64,000 nucleotides of DNA from positions 248,001 through 312,000 of IMG/VR virus record IMGVR_UViG_3300050120_000152; one strand, given 5' to 3'. Under the pieces are notes generated by a model. The model had not been told where the DNA came from. It made no database searches and saw nothing but the letters and a program-made list of their open reading frames with translations. The first letter of the stretch is position 1, and every line of letters begins with the position of its first letter. Made by a program: the position numbers and the translations under genes. Shown in pieces: positions 1 through 9,078 of this stretch.

Positions 1-39
1 CTTGACACGCTTTGCCGGGAAATAATATATCCACACCTA

Positions 40-1743
40 TTAATTCTTATAATGACGATTTTCTCTACGAGTTTTGCCATCGTAGTGATGTTTACGAAAA
101 TGGTTAATAGGTGATGCAAACAAACTACCCACTTTCATCTTTTTATCGAAAATATATTGACATGCCAAACTACTTAATGTTTGTTCAAATATATGTTCAT
201 ACATGTCAGATAAAAATAGTTGATAGTTTCCTTTCTTATTGAATAATAAAGGCCAATTAGAATAATGAAATTCTCCTACCGCATATGATACCCCCTTATA
301 GGCTCCTGTGTAGTATATCTTGGTTTTCCAGCGTAGCTCATCACTTCCTTTATCATCGGGGAAGATTTCATCGCGTCTATGACTGGCAACATTCTTATAG
401 CCCCAATTGAAATGACAATCGCCAAAGACTTCAGTATGATTCAGGCGTAAGAAATCAAGTTCATTGTCTTCTAGTATTTCAATACTCTTTTGGAATAATT
501 CTGGGATATAGCGTACAAATCCATTTTTACATGGTTGACCTTTGAATATTTTACCTGATGAACTTTCAGCATAATCAGCATCATTATCACCATCGTTAAC
601 CAAAAGCATGTCGTCCTCAAAGAAAACCATGTACTTATGTTCAGATTTATCAAAATGCTTGGCACAAAATACTCGGCCATCGTTGATACCAATATTCTCA
701 CCTTCATGAATAACTTCAAACCCATACTCAGTGAATAATTTTGTATATTCTTTCTTTACCTTGGGGTCAGTTGAGTTATTGACCACATATTTTTTATGTT
801 TATCAAATTCTTTTGGATATGCTTTTTTAAAGGCATCGGCCCACATAGTAAACTGTTTCGGTAAATTATAAGTTATGGCATAGAATGCTAATGGATATTC
901 TGGATCGGGAGCCGTTACTTTGTTGGTCTGTAAATTTTCAAAGAACTTATACACTAATCCATTACCTTCAATAAATCGTAGATTATATTTTTTAGGGTCG
1001 CGATAGGTTAATAAAGTGAAAATACTTTCTTCTGTCCCCATGTAACCTGCGTTTAATGTTTCATTCAATAAATGGTAATAATTATCGTTGAATGCATTAA
1101 TGGCATCCTTGTTGCCGCCAAATATACCACCACGACATACATATTCTGTGTTACATCCCGCATATTGATTCATGGCAGCTTTTTTGAACCCATGTACTTC
1201 AACTTGACCATCATAGGGAAAGGCCACGAACATCATTTTATTAAGATGTGGCGTTATAAGTTTCTCAAAATCTTGATTAAAATAGGCATCAAGATTTACC
1301 GTATTTGCTAACCCGCCGTCTACCCACAGAAAGTACTTTGATGAGAATGGATTCGTCAATGATGCGTCATTTAACATAAATTGCTTAGACATTACTAAGG
1401 GATTATACAATTCCAATTTTGCTTGTGTACTACCCGCAAGCCATCCAGCTTGACCTAACCAGTCAGAATTTATCCGTATTTCTTGAGTTTTATTATAAAA
1501 TGGAAATTTGCGTAAATCATCAAGAGTTTTAATAATAACGCTAGTATTATCACGTTTTCTATGTTGCCATACCAACTCTTCATATTGTGGTTCAATATAG
1601 ATAATCATAGGAAAATCTAATTTTAATAATTTAGTAAAACATTCGAGATAATGATCGAAGGGTCGTTTCATATCACTGTCCATTTCCCCACGGCCAATGT
1701 TGAAAAGTCCTGTACAGATGGTTAGGTTTTGTCTTGTATTCAT
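40..1743 (-). CDS. Bifunctional glycosyltransferase: N-terminal WlaTC/HtrL(YibB)-family domain plus C-terminal GT2/GT-A-like domain
   Basis: N-term TICTGLFNIGR, YNPLVMSKQFML, YFLWVDGG, GGIFGG, GTEESIFT are HtrL-type motifs; C-term has NIGINDGR and YMVFFEDDM (GT-A acidic motif). Confidence 0.75.
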   Translation of the reverse strand: MNTRQNLTICTGLFNIGRGEMDSDMKRPFDHYLECFTKLLKLDFPMIIYIEPQYEELVWQHRKRDNTSVIIKTLDDLRKFPFYNKTQEIRINSDWLGQAGWLAGSTQAKLELYNPLVMSKQFMLNDASLTNPFSSKYFLWVDGGLANTVNLDAYFNQDFEKLITPHLNKMMFVAFPYDGQVEVHGFKKAAMNQYAGCNTEYVCRGGIFGGNKDAINAFNDNYYHLLNETLNAGYMGTEESIFTLLTYRDPKKYNLRFIEGNGLVYKFFENLQTNKVTAPDPEYPLAFYAITYNLPKQFTMWADAFKKAYPKEFDKHKKYVVNNSTDPKVKKEYTKLFTEYGFEVIHEGENIGINDGRVFCAKHFDKSEHKYMVFFEDDMLLVNDGDNDADYAESSSGKIFKGQPCKNGFVRYIPELFQKSIEILEDNELDFLRLNHTEVFGDCHFNWGYKNVASHRRDEIFPDDKGSDELRWKTKIYYTGAYKGVSYAVGEFHYSNWPLLFNKKGNYQLFLSDMYEHIFEQTLSSLACQYIFDKKMKVGSLFASPINHFRKHHYDGKTRRENRHYKN

Positions 1744-1792
1744 ATTATGATCTTCTTTGGATTAATTATTTATTTATTATACGTGAATTGCG

Positions 1793-2641
1793 CTACAATA
1801 CATCTTCGAAAAAAGTGCTAAAGGGTTTCATAGTAGATTCAAAGCAATCCCAATCTTCATGATACCACGTATCAAATTCATATATTTCAAATTTGTCAGG
1901 ATACTTTTGATATACTAAGGTAAAAATTAGTTCTTCGGGTAATAAGGTATTTTTTGATAAAATATAATTAACTATGTTATCAAACCCATCTTTTAAGAAA
2001 TTTATTGATGAATATGTTCCACCAAATAAACCGGCAACAATACTTCCGGGCAGGGTTTGCGTCTTTGAGTATAATTCTGGATATGAATGTTGTCTATTCG
2101 AACAATAAAATGTAAATAAATTATTATCACTTAGTTTATCTAGTTTATCAACTAGTTTATGAGTAAATATTAAATCATGTTGATGAGATTGTTCAACAGT
2201 ATCTATTGGATTTGATTTAAATCGTTTTGGTAATATTCCATTATGAGAAATTCCTGCATCAATCCAAAATATTTTATCGTTTGGATATTTTATTGCTTCT
2301 ATTTCCAACCAAAATATTTTTAACCACATTAATTCAACGCAACGATTCGTCCAAATATTATCCAATGCATATATTTCTTTATTAACATGTTTGAGTTGAT
2401 GAATCGCATCATGATATTTCATAGAATTTAATTCAAATACTTCCAAAGATACATTAGTTATGGTATTCTTGAATAAATATTCTTCAATTTCTGCTTTATC
2501 AACGGATGAAGTGTAACATAATATAGGTTCGCCCATTCCCGCTAAACATTTTAATGAAAATAAGTAATGATTATTTCTATTTAATCTTCCGCCATAAGGT
2601 GAATGATGTAATTCATTGTAAATTGCGGTTACAAATTTCAT
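1793..2641 (-). CDS. WlaTC/HtrL-family glycosyltransferase
   Basis: MKFVTAIY, LMWLKIFWL, IFWIDAGI, AGLFGG, PEELIFT; paralogue of the N-terminal domain of 40..1743. Confidence 0.72.
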   Translation of the reverse strand: MKFVTAIYNELHHSPYGGRLNRNNHYLFSLKCLAGMGEPILCYTSSVDKAEIEEYLFKNTITNVSLEVFELNSMKYHDAIHQLKHVNKEIYALDNIWTNRCVELMWLKIFWLEIEAIKYPNDKIFWIDAGISHNGILPKRFKSNPIDTVEQSHQHDLIFTHKLVDKLDKLSDNNLFTFYCSNRQHSYPELYSKTQTLPGSIVAGLFGGTYSSINFLKDGFDNIVNYILSKNTLLPEELIFTLVYQKYPDKFEIYEFDTWYHEDWDCFESTMKPFSTFFEDVL

Positions 2642-4972
2642 TTATGCATCCAAAAATTTATAACGACTGATATTTTCTATGGATGACAGTAATAAATAAT
2701 CATAATCTTTACCGATCTTACCCAAATCCATGTACCATAATAACATACCTTCATAATTGTTGAACATCCATTCAAGATTTTCAAAATTTCCGCAAAATAA
2801 TGCAGTGGTAGGATAATGTTCAATATCAAAATTGAATTTATTTTTGATATATTCTCTATCAAAAATACTGTTCATCTCTTTTTTTGATGTAATGACGATA
2901 CAATCATCGGTTTTTGCAAACTGAGATAATAAATCAACATCACGGGCGATATCATAAGCATATTCACGCTCATTCAATTCATCCAAGTTAACGAATAGAT
3001 GATACTTACTACGGTAATGATTTAATTGAATAACTTCTTTACACCAAAATAGTTTAACATATTTTGAAAATTCTACAGTAGAATTAGATTTAAATTCAAA
3101 ACGCTGTTTTAATCGCTGATCATAATAATGTTGATGTGGCTGAATCAAAAAATATTTAAATGATTTAGATTCAGGGAGTAAACTAACATACTTATGATAA
3201 TTATATTGTGGTATTAATAAGGTAAGGTTTCTATCGTCACGGATCAATTTTTTAATTTGTTCGATATCATAACTTATATCAATATCAGCGGTTTTAAATG
3301 ATAATACATAGATAGAAGTATCAGCTGTTAATTCACCTGCTAATTGATCGTCTTTTATTTTTTTGAATTTATTGCTACCGGGCTTTACTATCAATTTACC
3401 CTCAAAATAAACAGCATCTAATTCCGTATCGCGAAGAATTTTAAATGCGTCAGATAATCGGCTTAATATAGGTTTACCATCTACATTGAACGATGTATTT
3501 AATAGTACCCCATGCCCTGTAAATTTTTCAAGTTCACCTAATAGATCGTAAATCAATGAATTTTGGGCTTTGGTTACGGTTTGTAATCTTGCTGTATTAT
3601 CTTGATGTGTAATGGCAGGTAATCTTTCGCGCCACTCTTCTCTCACAGTAGCCACGAATATCATGTGCCGAGATTCTACACCTTCATCAAATTCAAAATA
3701 CTTAGTAGTATCCTCTAATCTTACCATAGGTGCAAACGGACGATACCATTCACGGTGTTTTACTTTATTATTAAGAATATCTTTCATATCACCTACCGGA
3801 TTACATATGATGCTACGATTACCCAAAGCACGAGAACCGTGTTCAGAGTTACCTTGAATCATACCAACGATATTACCTTCGGCAATAAATTGTGCTAATT
3901 CTTCTAGCTGGATATCTTCATATACTTTTAGATCATGTTCCTGTATATAAGTACCAAACTGGTTCTTATCAATAACAGGCGTGCCACTGTAGGTCAAATC
4001 TACTTGCTGTTCGGGATTCTGATACCATAATAATCCACCGGCTGCTATACCACAGTCATTGACGTTAGGTGGAACGAAAACCTTATTATTACGCAACTTG
4101 AGAAGCTTAGTATTTAATAACACATTGAGCGCACAACCACCAGCCATTGCGATTGGCATATCTGGATATTTGTTTAAATAAGGCTGCGCAAATTTAAAAA
4201 ATTGATTTTCAAATGCTTTCTGCGAAGTAGCTGCAATATCCCAAGCTAGTTGGCCTTCATATCGACTCGATTCCAAATCAAAATCATCAATTCCAATATT
4301 TTTAAATAATTCGGTTAGGGCTTCAAAGCGTACTTCAGCGCCACCTTGCACAGAGTTACCAATATAATTAAATTTTGAATAGAAGTGTTCGAAATGAGGT
4401 ACCCAATGATCACGAATAGTTCCGTAGGAACATAACCCCATAATTTTACCAGCATAGACCAAGTTACCGATGCTTAACGGTTCTTTTTTAATATCCTTAA
4501 GATAATCACATAAAATCATATATGGAAATCCTAAGTCTTGATTGAATTTATCAATCAATCGAATTCCATGTTGACGATTAGCATTATATACGTTGAAGTA
4601 CCCATTATCACCACCGCCGTCGAAAGTGAATATTAATGCTTCTTTATAGGGCGATTGATAAAATGCAGTTGCTGCATGAGCTGTATGATGGTCATAACCC
4701 AATGCTTCCTTGGTATGAAATTTTGGTTTTATGTGTTGAACATAATCTGTCAAATAAACATCCACATCACTTCTATCCGTAGTGGAAAGAAGATATTCCG
4801 TAATTTCATCAAATATTATTTGTGGATGTTTACTTGGCATATAAGTGGTTAAGCCGATATTCTTCGAATTTAACCATCTTTCAACTTCAATTACCCTATA
4901 TTCACCCTTATAATACATTGCTATTGCAGCATTATGTGATCCATAAGCAGATATTATCAATTTATCTTTCAT
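2642..4972 (-). CDS. NodU/CmcH-family O-carbamoyltransferase fused to a C-terminal degenerate HtrL-like domain
   Basis: HHTAHAATAF, DGGGD, AGGCALNV, PPNVNDCG (Kae1-like domain); GSRALGNRSI, KHREWYRPFAP, LLNTSFN (YrdC-like domain); about 230 aa C-terminal extension. Confidence 0.9.
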   Translation of the reverse strand: MKDKLIISAYGSHNAAIAMYYKGEYRVIEVERWLNSKNIGLTTYMPSKHPQIIFDEITEYLLSTTDRSDVDVYLTDYVQHIKPKFHTKEALGYDHHTAHAATAFYQSPYKEALIFTFDGGGDNGYFNVYNANRQHGIRLIDKFNQDLGFPYMILCDYLKDIKKEPLSIGNLVYAGKIMGLCSYGTIRDHWVPHFEHFYSKFNYIGNSVQGGAEVRFEALTELFKNIGIDDFDLESSRYEGQLAWDIAATSQKAFENQFFKFAQPYLNKYPDMPIAMAGGCALNVLLNTKLLKLRNNKVFVPPNVNDCGIAAGGLLWYQNPEQQVDLTYSGTPVIDKNQFGTYIQEHDLKVYEDIQLEELAQFIAEGNIVGMIQGNSEHGSRALGNRSIICNPVGDMKDILNNKVKHREWYRPFAPMVRLEDTTKYFEFDEGVESRHMIFVATVREEWRERLPAITHQDNTARLQTVTKAQNSLIYDLLGELEKFTGHGVLLNTSFNVDGKPILSRLSDAFKILRDTELDAVYFEGKLIVKPGSNKFKKIKDDQLAGELTADTSIYVLSFKTADIDISYDIEQIKKLIRDDRNLTLLIPQYNYHKYVSLLPESKSFKYFLIQPHQHYYDQRLKQRFEFKSNSTVEFSKYVKLFWCKEVIQLNHYRSKYHLFVNLDELNEREYAYDIARDVDLLSQFAKTDDCIVITSKKEMNSIFDREYIKNKFNFDIEHYPTTALFCGNFENLEWMFNNYEGMLLWYMDLGKIGKDYDYLLLSSIENISRYKFLDA

Positions 4973-4994
4973 TTATATATCTTATTATCTTCTA

Positions 4995-5002
4995 TATTTA
5001 TA
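4995..5002 (-). promoter_or_regulatory. T4-type late promoter TATAAATA upstream of the carbamoyltransferase/HtrL operon
   Basis: Exact T4 late consensus about 22 nt upstream of the ATG at 4972, same spacing as at structural genes. Confidence 0.65.
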
Positions 5003-5039
5003 TGCGCTTGTCGTAGATAATTCCATACAATATATCTAT

Positions 5040-5507
5040 TTAAGTCCATAAATATGATCTATAAGTGATGATATTATTTAAATGTGTAGTATCAATTTTC
5101 TTATATTCTTCTAGTAATACAAATGATAAATCATAATCATTTATAGCATGAGCTTCTTCATATTTAATATCACGAATCTTAGCCCAATTATAGGCATCGT
5201 TCATCGTATCAAAGATAAGCTTATTGCGTTCACGGGATAGGTCTTCAGTAGTCACATTATGATCATAATCTGAAGTATTATCATACATTTCATATAGATA
5301 TTTAAGTGATGTTTTTCCATCATCATTTTCCCAAAAATTAATCAAACACGCAAATGTAAGTGTTTCTATGAGCGTATCAATATCTTGAAAATGTTTTGGT
5401 ATTTTTAATGTTAACCATTTTTGTCGAGGATTTACTCTAGTTACTACAATATCGTACCATTGGCGGTTCCACCAATATGAGTTAAATAATAATTTAATAT
5501 TTTTCAT
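5040..5507 (-). CDS. Hypothetical protein
   Basis: 155 aa ORF co-oriented with neighbours; no recognised motif. Confidence 0.6.
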   Translation of the reverse strand: MKNIKLLFNSYWWNRQWYDIVVTRVNPRQKWLTLKIPKHFQDIDTLIETLTFACLINFWENDDGKTSLKYLYEMYDNTSDYDHNVTTEDLSRERNKLIFDTMNDAYNWAKIRDIKYEEAHAINDYDLSFVLLEEYKKIDTTHLNNIITYRSYLWT

Positions 5508-5611
5508 AAGTTATCCATTCTCTATAAATCAATTTTAAATCCTGTTTAGCTACAGAAACGCCACGCTACCAAATCAGCTGTTGAATATATTTCTTTATGT
5601 CGTGGTATTCC

Positions 5612-5641
5612 AAAATAAAAAGGTCAGATATAACTCTGACC
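5612..5641 (-). terminator. Intrinsic terminator after the GT60 gene
   Basis: Minus strand GGTCAGA-GTTATA-TCTGACC followed by TTTTTATTTT. Confidence 0.55.
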
Positions 5642-5673
5642 AGTTTATCATATCAAATCTAATATATCAATTA

Positions 5674-7059
5674 TTAATTTTCAACTATTTTATCAATCTT
5701 CTTCAACCAATCCTTCGATGCGCTGTGTGGCCATACGGTATATGTCTTAGCAATGCGGTCGGGGGGTGACATGTAAATGAAGCGATAGTCGATCCATTCA
5801 CCTTTCAGATATTCCTTAATTTCTGATGCAGATAAATCTTTTCGATATATTTCAGAGCCATACTCATCATGGCACCCGACATAGCAGAAATCATAATCAT
5901 CTATAATCATGACATTACCTTGATCGTCTAAGGTATTAAGATCATTCTTATGAATGCAAACTCTAATATCGTTTGATCGGGAAATAGTGGATTTCCACTC
6001 TTCAGCAGAATCATAAGTCTTATATCCTGTTAACGTTGGTTCAGTACGATCTAAAACGCATTGCTGAACACCGCGATATTTAAATGCTACACCAGAAAAT
6101 TCTTCATAATCCTTTACTGTTCGTACAGTACCAAACCCATATTTACCAAAATCTATCTGAGATTGATCTTCACCATCCATACCAAATAAAATACGATTGC
6201 GCTTATGAGAATTAACATTCTTTTCCCACCAATCTTCAGATATTTTACCTTTCTGTTTTTGTTGGGTTGTATGGTCATCCCACACTTTTACGCGGCCTGC
6301 CCGTGTATATTCATGCCAACATACTACAATATTGGGATGATATAAATCATATCCATGAGTATAAGCTCTTACGCCGATGGATACTTCTTCACCATGGAAG
6401 AAAAATTGTGGGTCATGCTGAACTTCTTCGGCAAATATTCCATCAGCGAATGCAAAATGTGCTGAATAAAATCTTGCATGTATAGGTTTTGTGCGAGTTT
6501 TCCAATCATCTATTGTTGATGGTCTTGTAAAATGGGTGCCTTCGGGAATAAATCTATCAAAATCCATTTTCCACGGTTCCTGAATACGAGCAGCTGGATC
6601 ATTCTGTGGATCAAAAGAAGATACATAAGCCGTCAATAGAGGTTTCGGGCTTACATCTCTTACAGATTCTAGCATGTCAATCAATACAGTATCCCAGCCC
6701 TGTATGAATCTATGATGTGAATCTAATTGTAGGGTATATTTTTCTTTCTTATAATGCTGTTGTATTTTGTTTCTAGCCCAGCATGCCCCATTCGTTTTTA
6801 AATAATGCAAGTCGATTAATTCAATTGTTGCGCCGTTTAAGGTAAGTACGTGTACGTCATCATCTAAAACGGTTTCAGAATTTACTACATCAAATTTTTT
6901 ATCAAGAAAATCTTCAATAGTTTCATCTGCGCCATGTTGCCAGCAAACTACTGCGCGAATTAACTCAGGGTGGTTAGCATTATTGATTAGATCAGTTAAA
7001 GTTGGGATTAACTGGGGATCTCTATAACTAGCGATTTGTACGAAAATTGTGTTATCCAT
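5674..7059 (-). CDS. GT60-family (Skp1-hydroxyproline / polypeptide) alpha-N-acetylglucosaminyltransferase-like protein
   Basis: TIFVQIASYRDPQL, GACWAR, YTLQLDSHHRF (DSH motif), FFFHGEE, RAYTHGYDLYHP, YGFGTVRT. Confidence 0.85.
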   Translation of the reverse strand: MDNTIFVQIASYRDPQLIPTLTDLINNANHPELIRAVVCWQHGADETIEDFLDKKFDVVNSETVLDDDVHVLTLNGATIELIDLHYLKTNGACWARNKIQQHYKKEKYTLQLDSHHRFIQGWDTVLIDMLESVRDVSPKPLLTAYVSSFDPQNDPAARIQEPWKMDFDRFIPEGTHFTRPSTIDDWKTRTKPIHARFYSAHFAFADGIFAEEVQHDPQFFFHGEEVSIGVRAYTHGYDLYHPNIVVCWHEYTRAGRVKVWDDHTTQQKQKGKISEDWWEKNVNSHKRNRILFGMDGEDQSQIDFGKYGFGTVRTVKDYEEFSGVAFKYRGVQQCVLDRTEPTLTGYKTYDSAEEWKSTISRSNDIRVCIHKNDLNTLDDQGNVMIIDDYDFCYVGCHDEYGSEIYRKDLSASEIKEYLKGEWIDYRFIYMSPPDRIAKTYTVWPHSASKDWLKKIDKIVEN

Positions 7060-7088
7060 TTTTATCCTCTATTTTTAATGGGCATAGT

Positions 7089-7124
7089 AAAATAAGAGTG
7101 TCAGATATCTGACACTCTTATTTT
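7089..7124. repeat. Perfect 36-bp palindrome (terminator/operator candidate)
   Basis: AAAATAAGAGTGTCAGATATCTGACACTCTTATTTT equals its own reverse complement. Confidence 0.85.
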
Positions 7125-7134
7125 GTGGGTTGCA

Positions 7135-7593
7135 TTACGATTTATTAGATTTTGGTGGGCGACCAGCTTTACGAGGGGCTGGGGCTGAAGCCTCTGTAGC
7201 ACCATACGGTGGCTGAGCTGCCTGTTGAGACACTGGTTGTCTCATTGGCTGAGCATCTGGATTAAGTCGGGTACGCTGCACTGAACCAGTACGATATAAG
7301 TTAGGTGCCATAATTTCACCAGAGCGAGTTTTTACTTTTACGAACTGGTGGAAATATTCTAATGCATTCACACCATTAGCAAGTGTAATCTGAGCGAATA
7401 AATCCCATGCCTCATAACGAGCAGCGTCACGGCGTGATAAAATCATACCAGCACGATTACGATCAATATCATCAAGATAGTCGGTACGGATAAAGAAAAC
7501 GTCACCGTTTACTTTGTTGTGTTTCAACACAATGACTTCATAGTCGATGCCATTGTTAAAAAGGTCTATAAGTGTTACATGTGGTAATGCCAT
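7135..7593 (-). CDS. Hypothetical phage protein, probably late-expressed
   Basis: 152 aa ORF with AGGAG SD; CATAAATA box at 7625-7632 (-). Confidence 0.7.
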   Translation of the reverse strand: MALPHVTLIDLFNNGIDYEVIVLKHNKVNGDVFFIRTDYLDDIDRNRAGMILSRRDAARYEAWDLFAQITLANGVNALEYFHQFVKVKTRSGEIMAPNLYRTGSVQRTRLNPDAQPMRQPVSQQAAQPPYGATEASAPAPRKAGRPPKSNKS

Positions 7594-7649
7594 ACGACTA
7601 TCTCCTAATTCTTCAAGTCAAAATTATTTATGGAGATAAAAAAATCGTG

Positions 7650-8522
7650 TCACGCTGTAAACGTCATTTTTTCCATATGCATGTCAAAATAATATAAGAC
7701 TTCATTAATATTTGATATAACATACAAACCGGGAGTGTCATAATATGATTGAAATTTCCTAGATAATAAATCACCCCAATCAAAATCGGGAGATATATGA
7801 TATAACTTAATGATTTGATTATTAGATTGTTGCAATTTCAATCTAAGATCAGACTCAAATTCATTCATTACCATAAACATATAAATGTTTGATGGCATAT
7901 CGGCATTACGAGCAATAACTAATATATTTAATTTGTTTTTTATGGCGATCAATTGATCGCTAATAGACGATCCAATCCAATCTTTCCATGATACCCAAAA
8001 CCCGCCTCGTTTGGGTTTGCCTGTATAAATGGTTTTACCATACACGAGGTTTGGCCATAATGGAATATTTGTAGGCAATTTATCCTGTCTGCCTAACTCT
8101 ACCCAAGCCTCTCTAGTTTTTAATTTTAATGATCGTGCATAATCTCTAGCATCATGAAATGAGCGATATATCTTTTTTGAATCGGGGAATGTATTATAAG
8201 TTCCAGTCCAATCGCCCCAAGATACCCATCCCTCGTTAACATAGGTTCTGGCGGGATTTTTTGGAATTCTTGCTGGAATATTCATATTCCACCAACGTAT
8301 AAAATCATTATGTGAGCCTAAACATTCACCCCGGACAATTGTTCTGGCTTCTTCGAAGGGTAATACAAATCTTGCTGGCCCACGTTTTTTGTTAGTTTTT
8401 TCTATTTTTACTGGTCTACCACTACGATCTTTGCGATTTCTGACCGTATTTCTAGGTCTACCAAAACCTGTTTTTTTGAGTTTTCGTCTGGGTTTTTTAA
8501 TTTCTGTAATTTTTTCGTTCAT
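7650..8522 (-). CDS. Basic protein with two phage-integrase-repeat-like units (putative nucleic-acid binding)
   Basis: Two units F.EAR...IP..P..Y...GWVSW.DW.G; Lys/Arg-rich N-terminus; no recombinase catalytic domain seen. Confidence 0.6.
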   Translation of the reverse strand: MNEKITEIKKPRRKLKKTGFGRPRNTVRNRKDRSGRPVKIEKTNKKRGPARFVLPFEEARTIVRGECLGSHNDFIRWWNMNIPARIPKNPARTYVNEGWVSWGDWTGTYNTFPDSKKIYRSFHDARDYARSLKLKTREAWVELGRQDKLPTNIPLWPNLVYGKTIYTGKPKRGGFWVSWKDWIGSSISDQLIAIKNKLNILVIARNADMPSNIYMFMVMNEFESDLRLKLQQSNNQIIKLYHISPDFDWGDLLSRKFQSYYDTPGLYVISNINEVLYYFDMHMEKMTFTA

Positions 8523-8562
8523 TGTTAATCTTCAAATAAATAATGTATAATATCAAGAATAT

Positions 8563-9078
8563 ATGGATCGCTTATCTAAATTTAGACAATACTCATTGGC
8601 ATTGGCCGAAACCGTCGATGCATGGCGAATCATTCCACGCTTAATGATTGTAGCTTACGGTGCGCTTGTGGTGAATCTTTATTCATGGTACAAGTCGATC
8701 CCGACCTTCATGCAGCAAAAATGTGATGCCGCCGTGCTACAGATATTTATAACAGGCGGAATGGCATTGCACGATGCTCAAGCGTTGGCATGCACCGTAA
8801 TCGACGTTGTAGGTGGCCCTACACCTGCACAATCTACTTTCGTTACAACCATCATAGGTTTATCAACTGGTATATTTGGATTGTATACTGCTACAGGTAA
8901 AAAATGGGAACAATTAGATTTTAATTATCATCAATTTAGCCAATTTGGCCCTCCCAATAATGGCAATTATAATGGCTATGATATTGATTCGGCGAAGCAG
9001 GGTGAAGTTGCTATGGGACAACCTGCAACACCGATTACCCCATCTAATACTCCATCTATTACCCAACCAGTGAGTTAG
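8563..9078 (+). CDS. Two-TM membrane protein, holin candidate
   Basis: DAWRIIPRLMIVAYGALVV and TFVTTIIGLSTGIFGLY hydrophobic segments; AATAAATA box at about 8535. Confidence 0.45.
   Translation: MDRLSKFRQYSLALAETVDAWRIIPRLMIVAYGALVVNLYSWYKSIPTFMQQKCDAAVLQIFITGGMALHDAQALACTVIDVVGGPTPAQSTFVTTIIGLSTGIFGLYTATGKKWEQLDFNYHQFSQFGPPNNGNYNGYDIDSAKQGEVAMGQPATPITPSNTPSITQPVS

Noticed and set aside
2642-4972. Carbamoyltransferase as a DNA hypermodification enzyme
   Set aside because: Not excluded but disfavoured: no hydroxymethylase or nucleotide kinase nearby, late promoter, HtrL fusion, and restriction-site avoidance
7650-8522. Integrase / temperate lifestyle
   Set aside because: Only the accessory repeat units are present; no tyrosine or serine recombinase catalytic motifs
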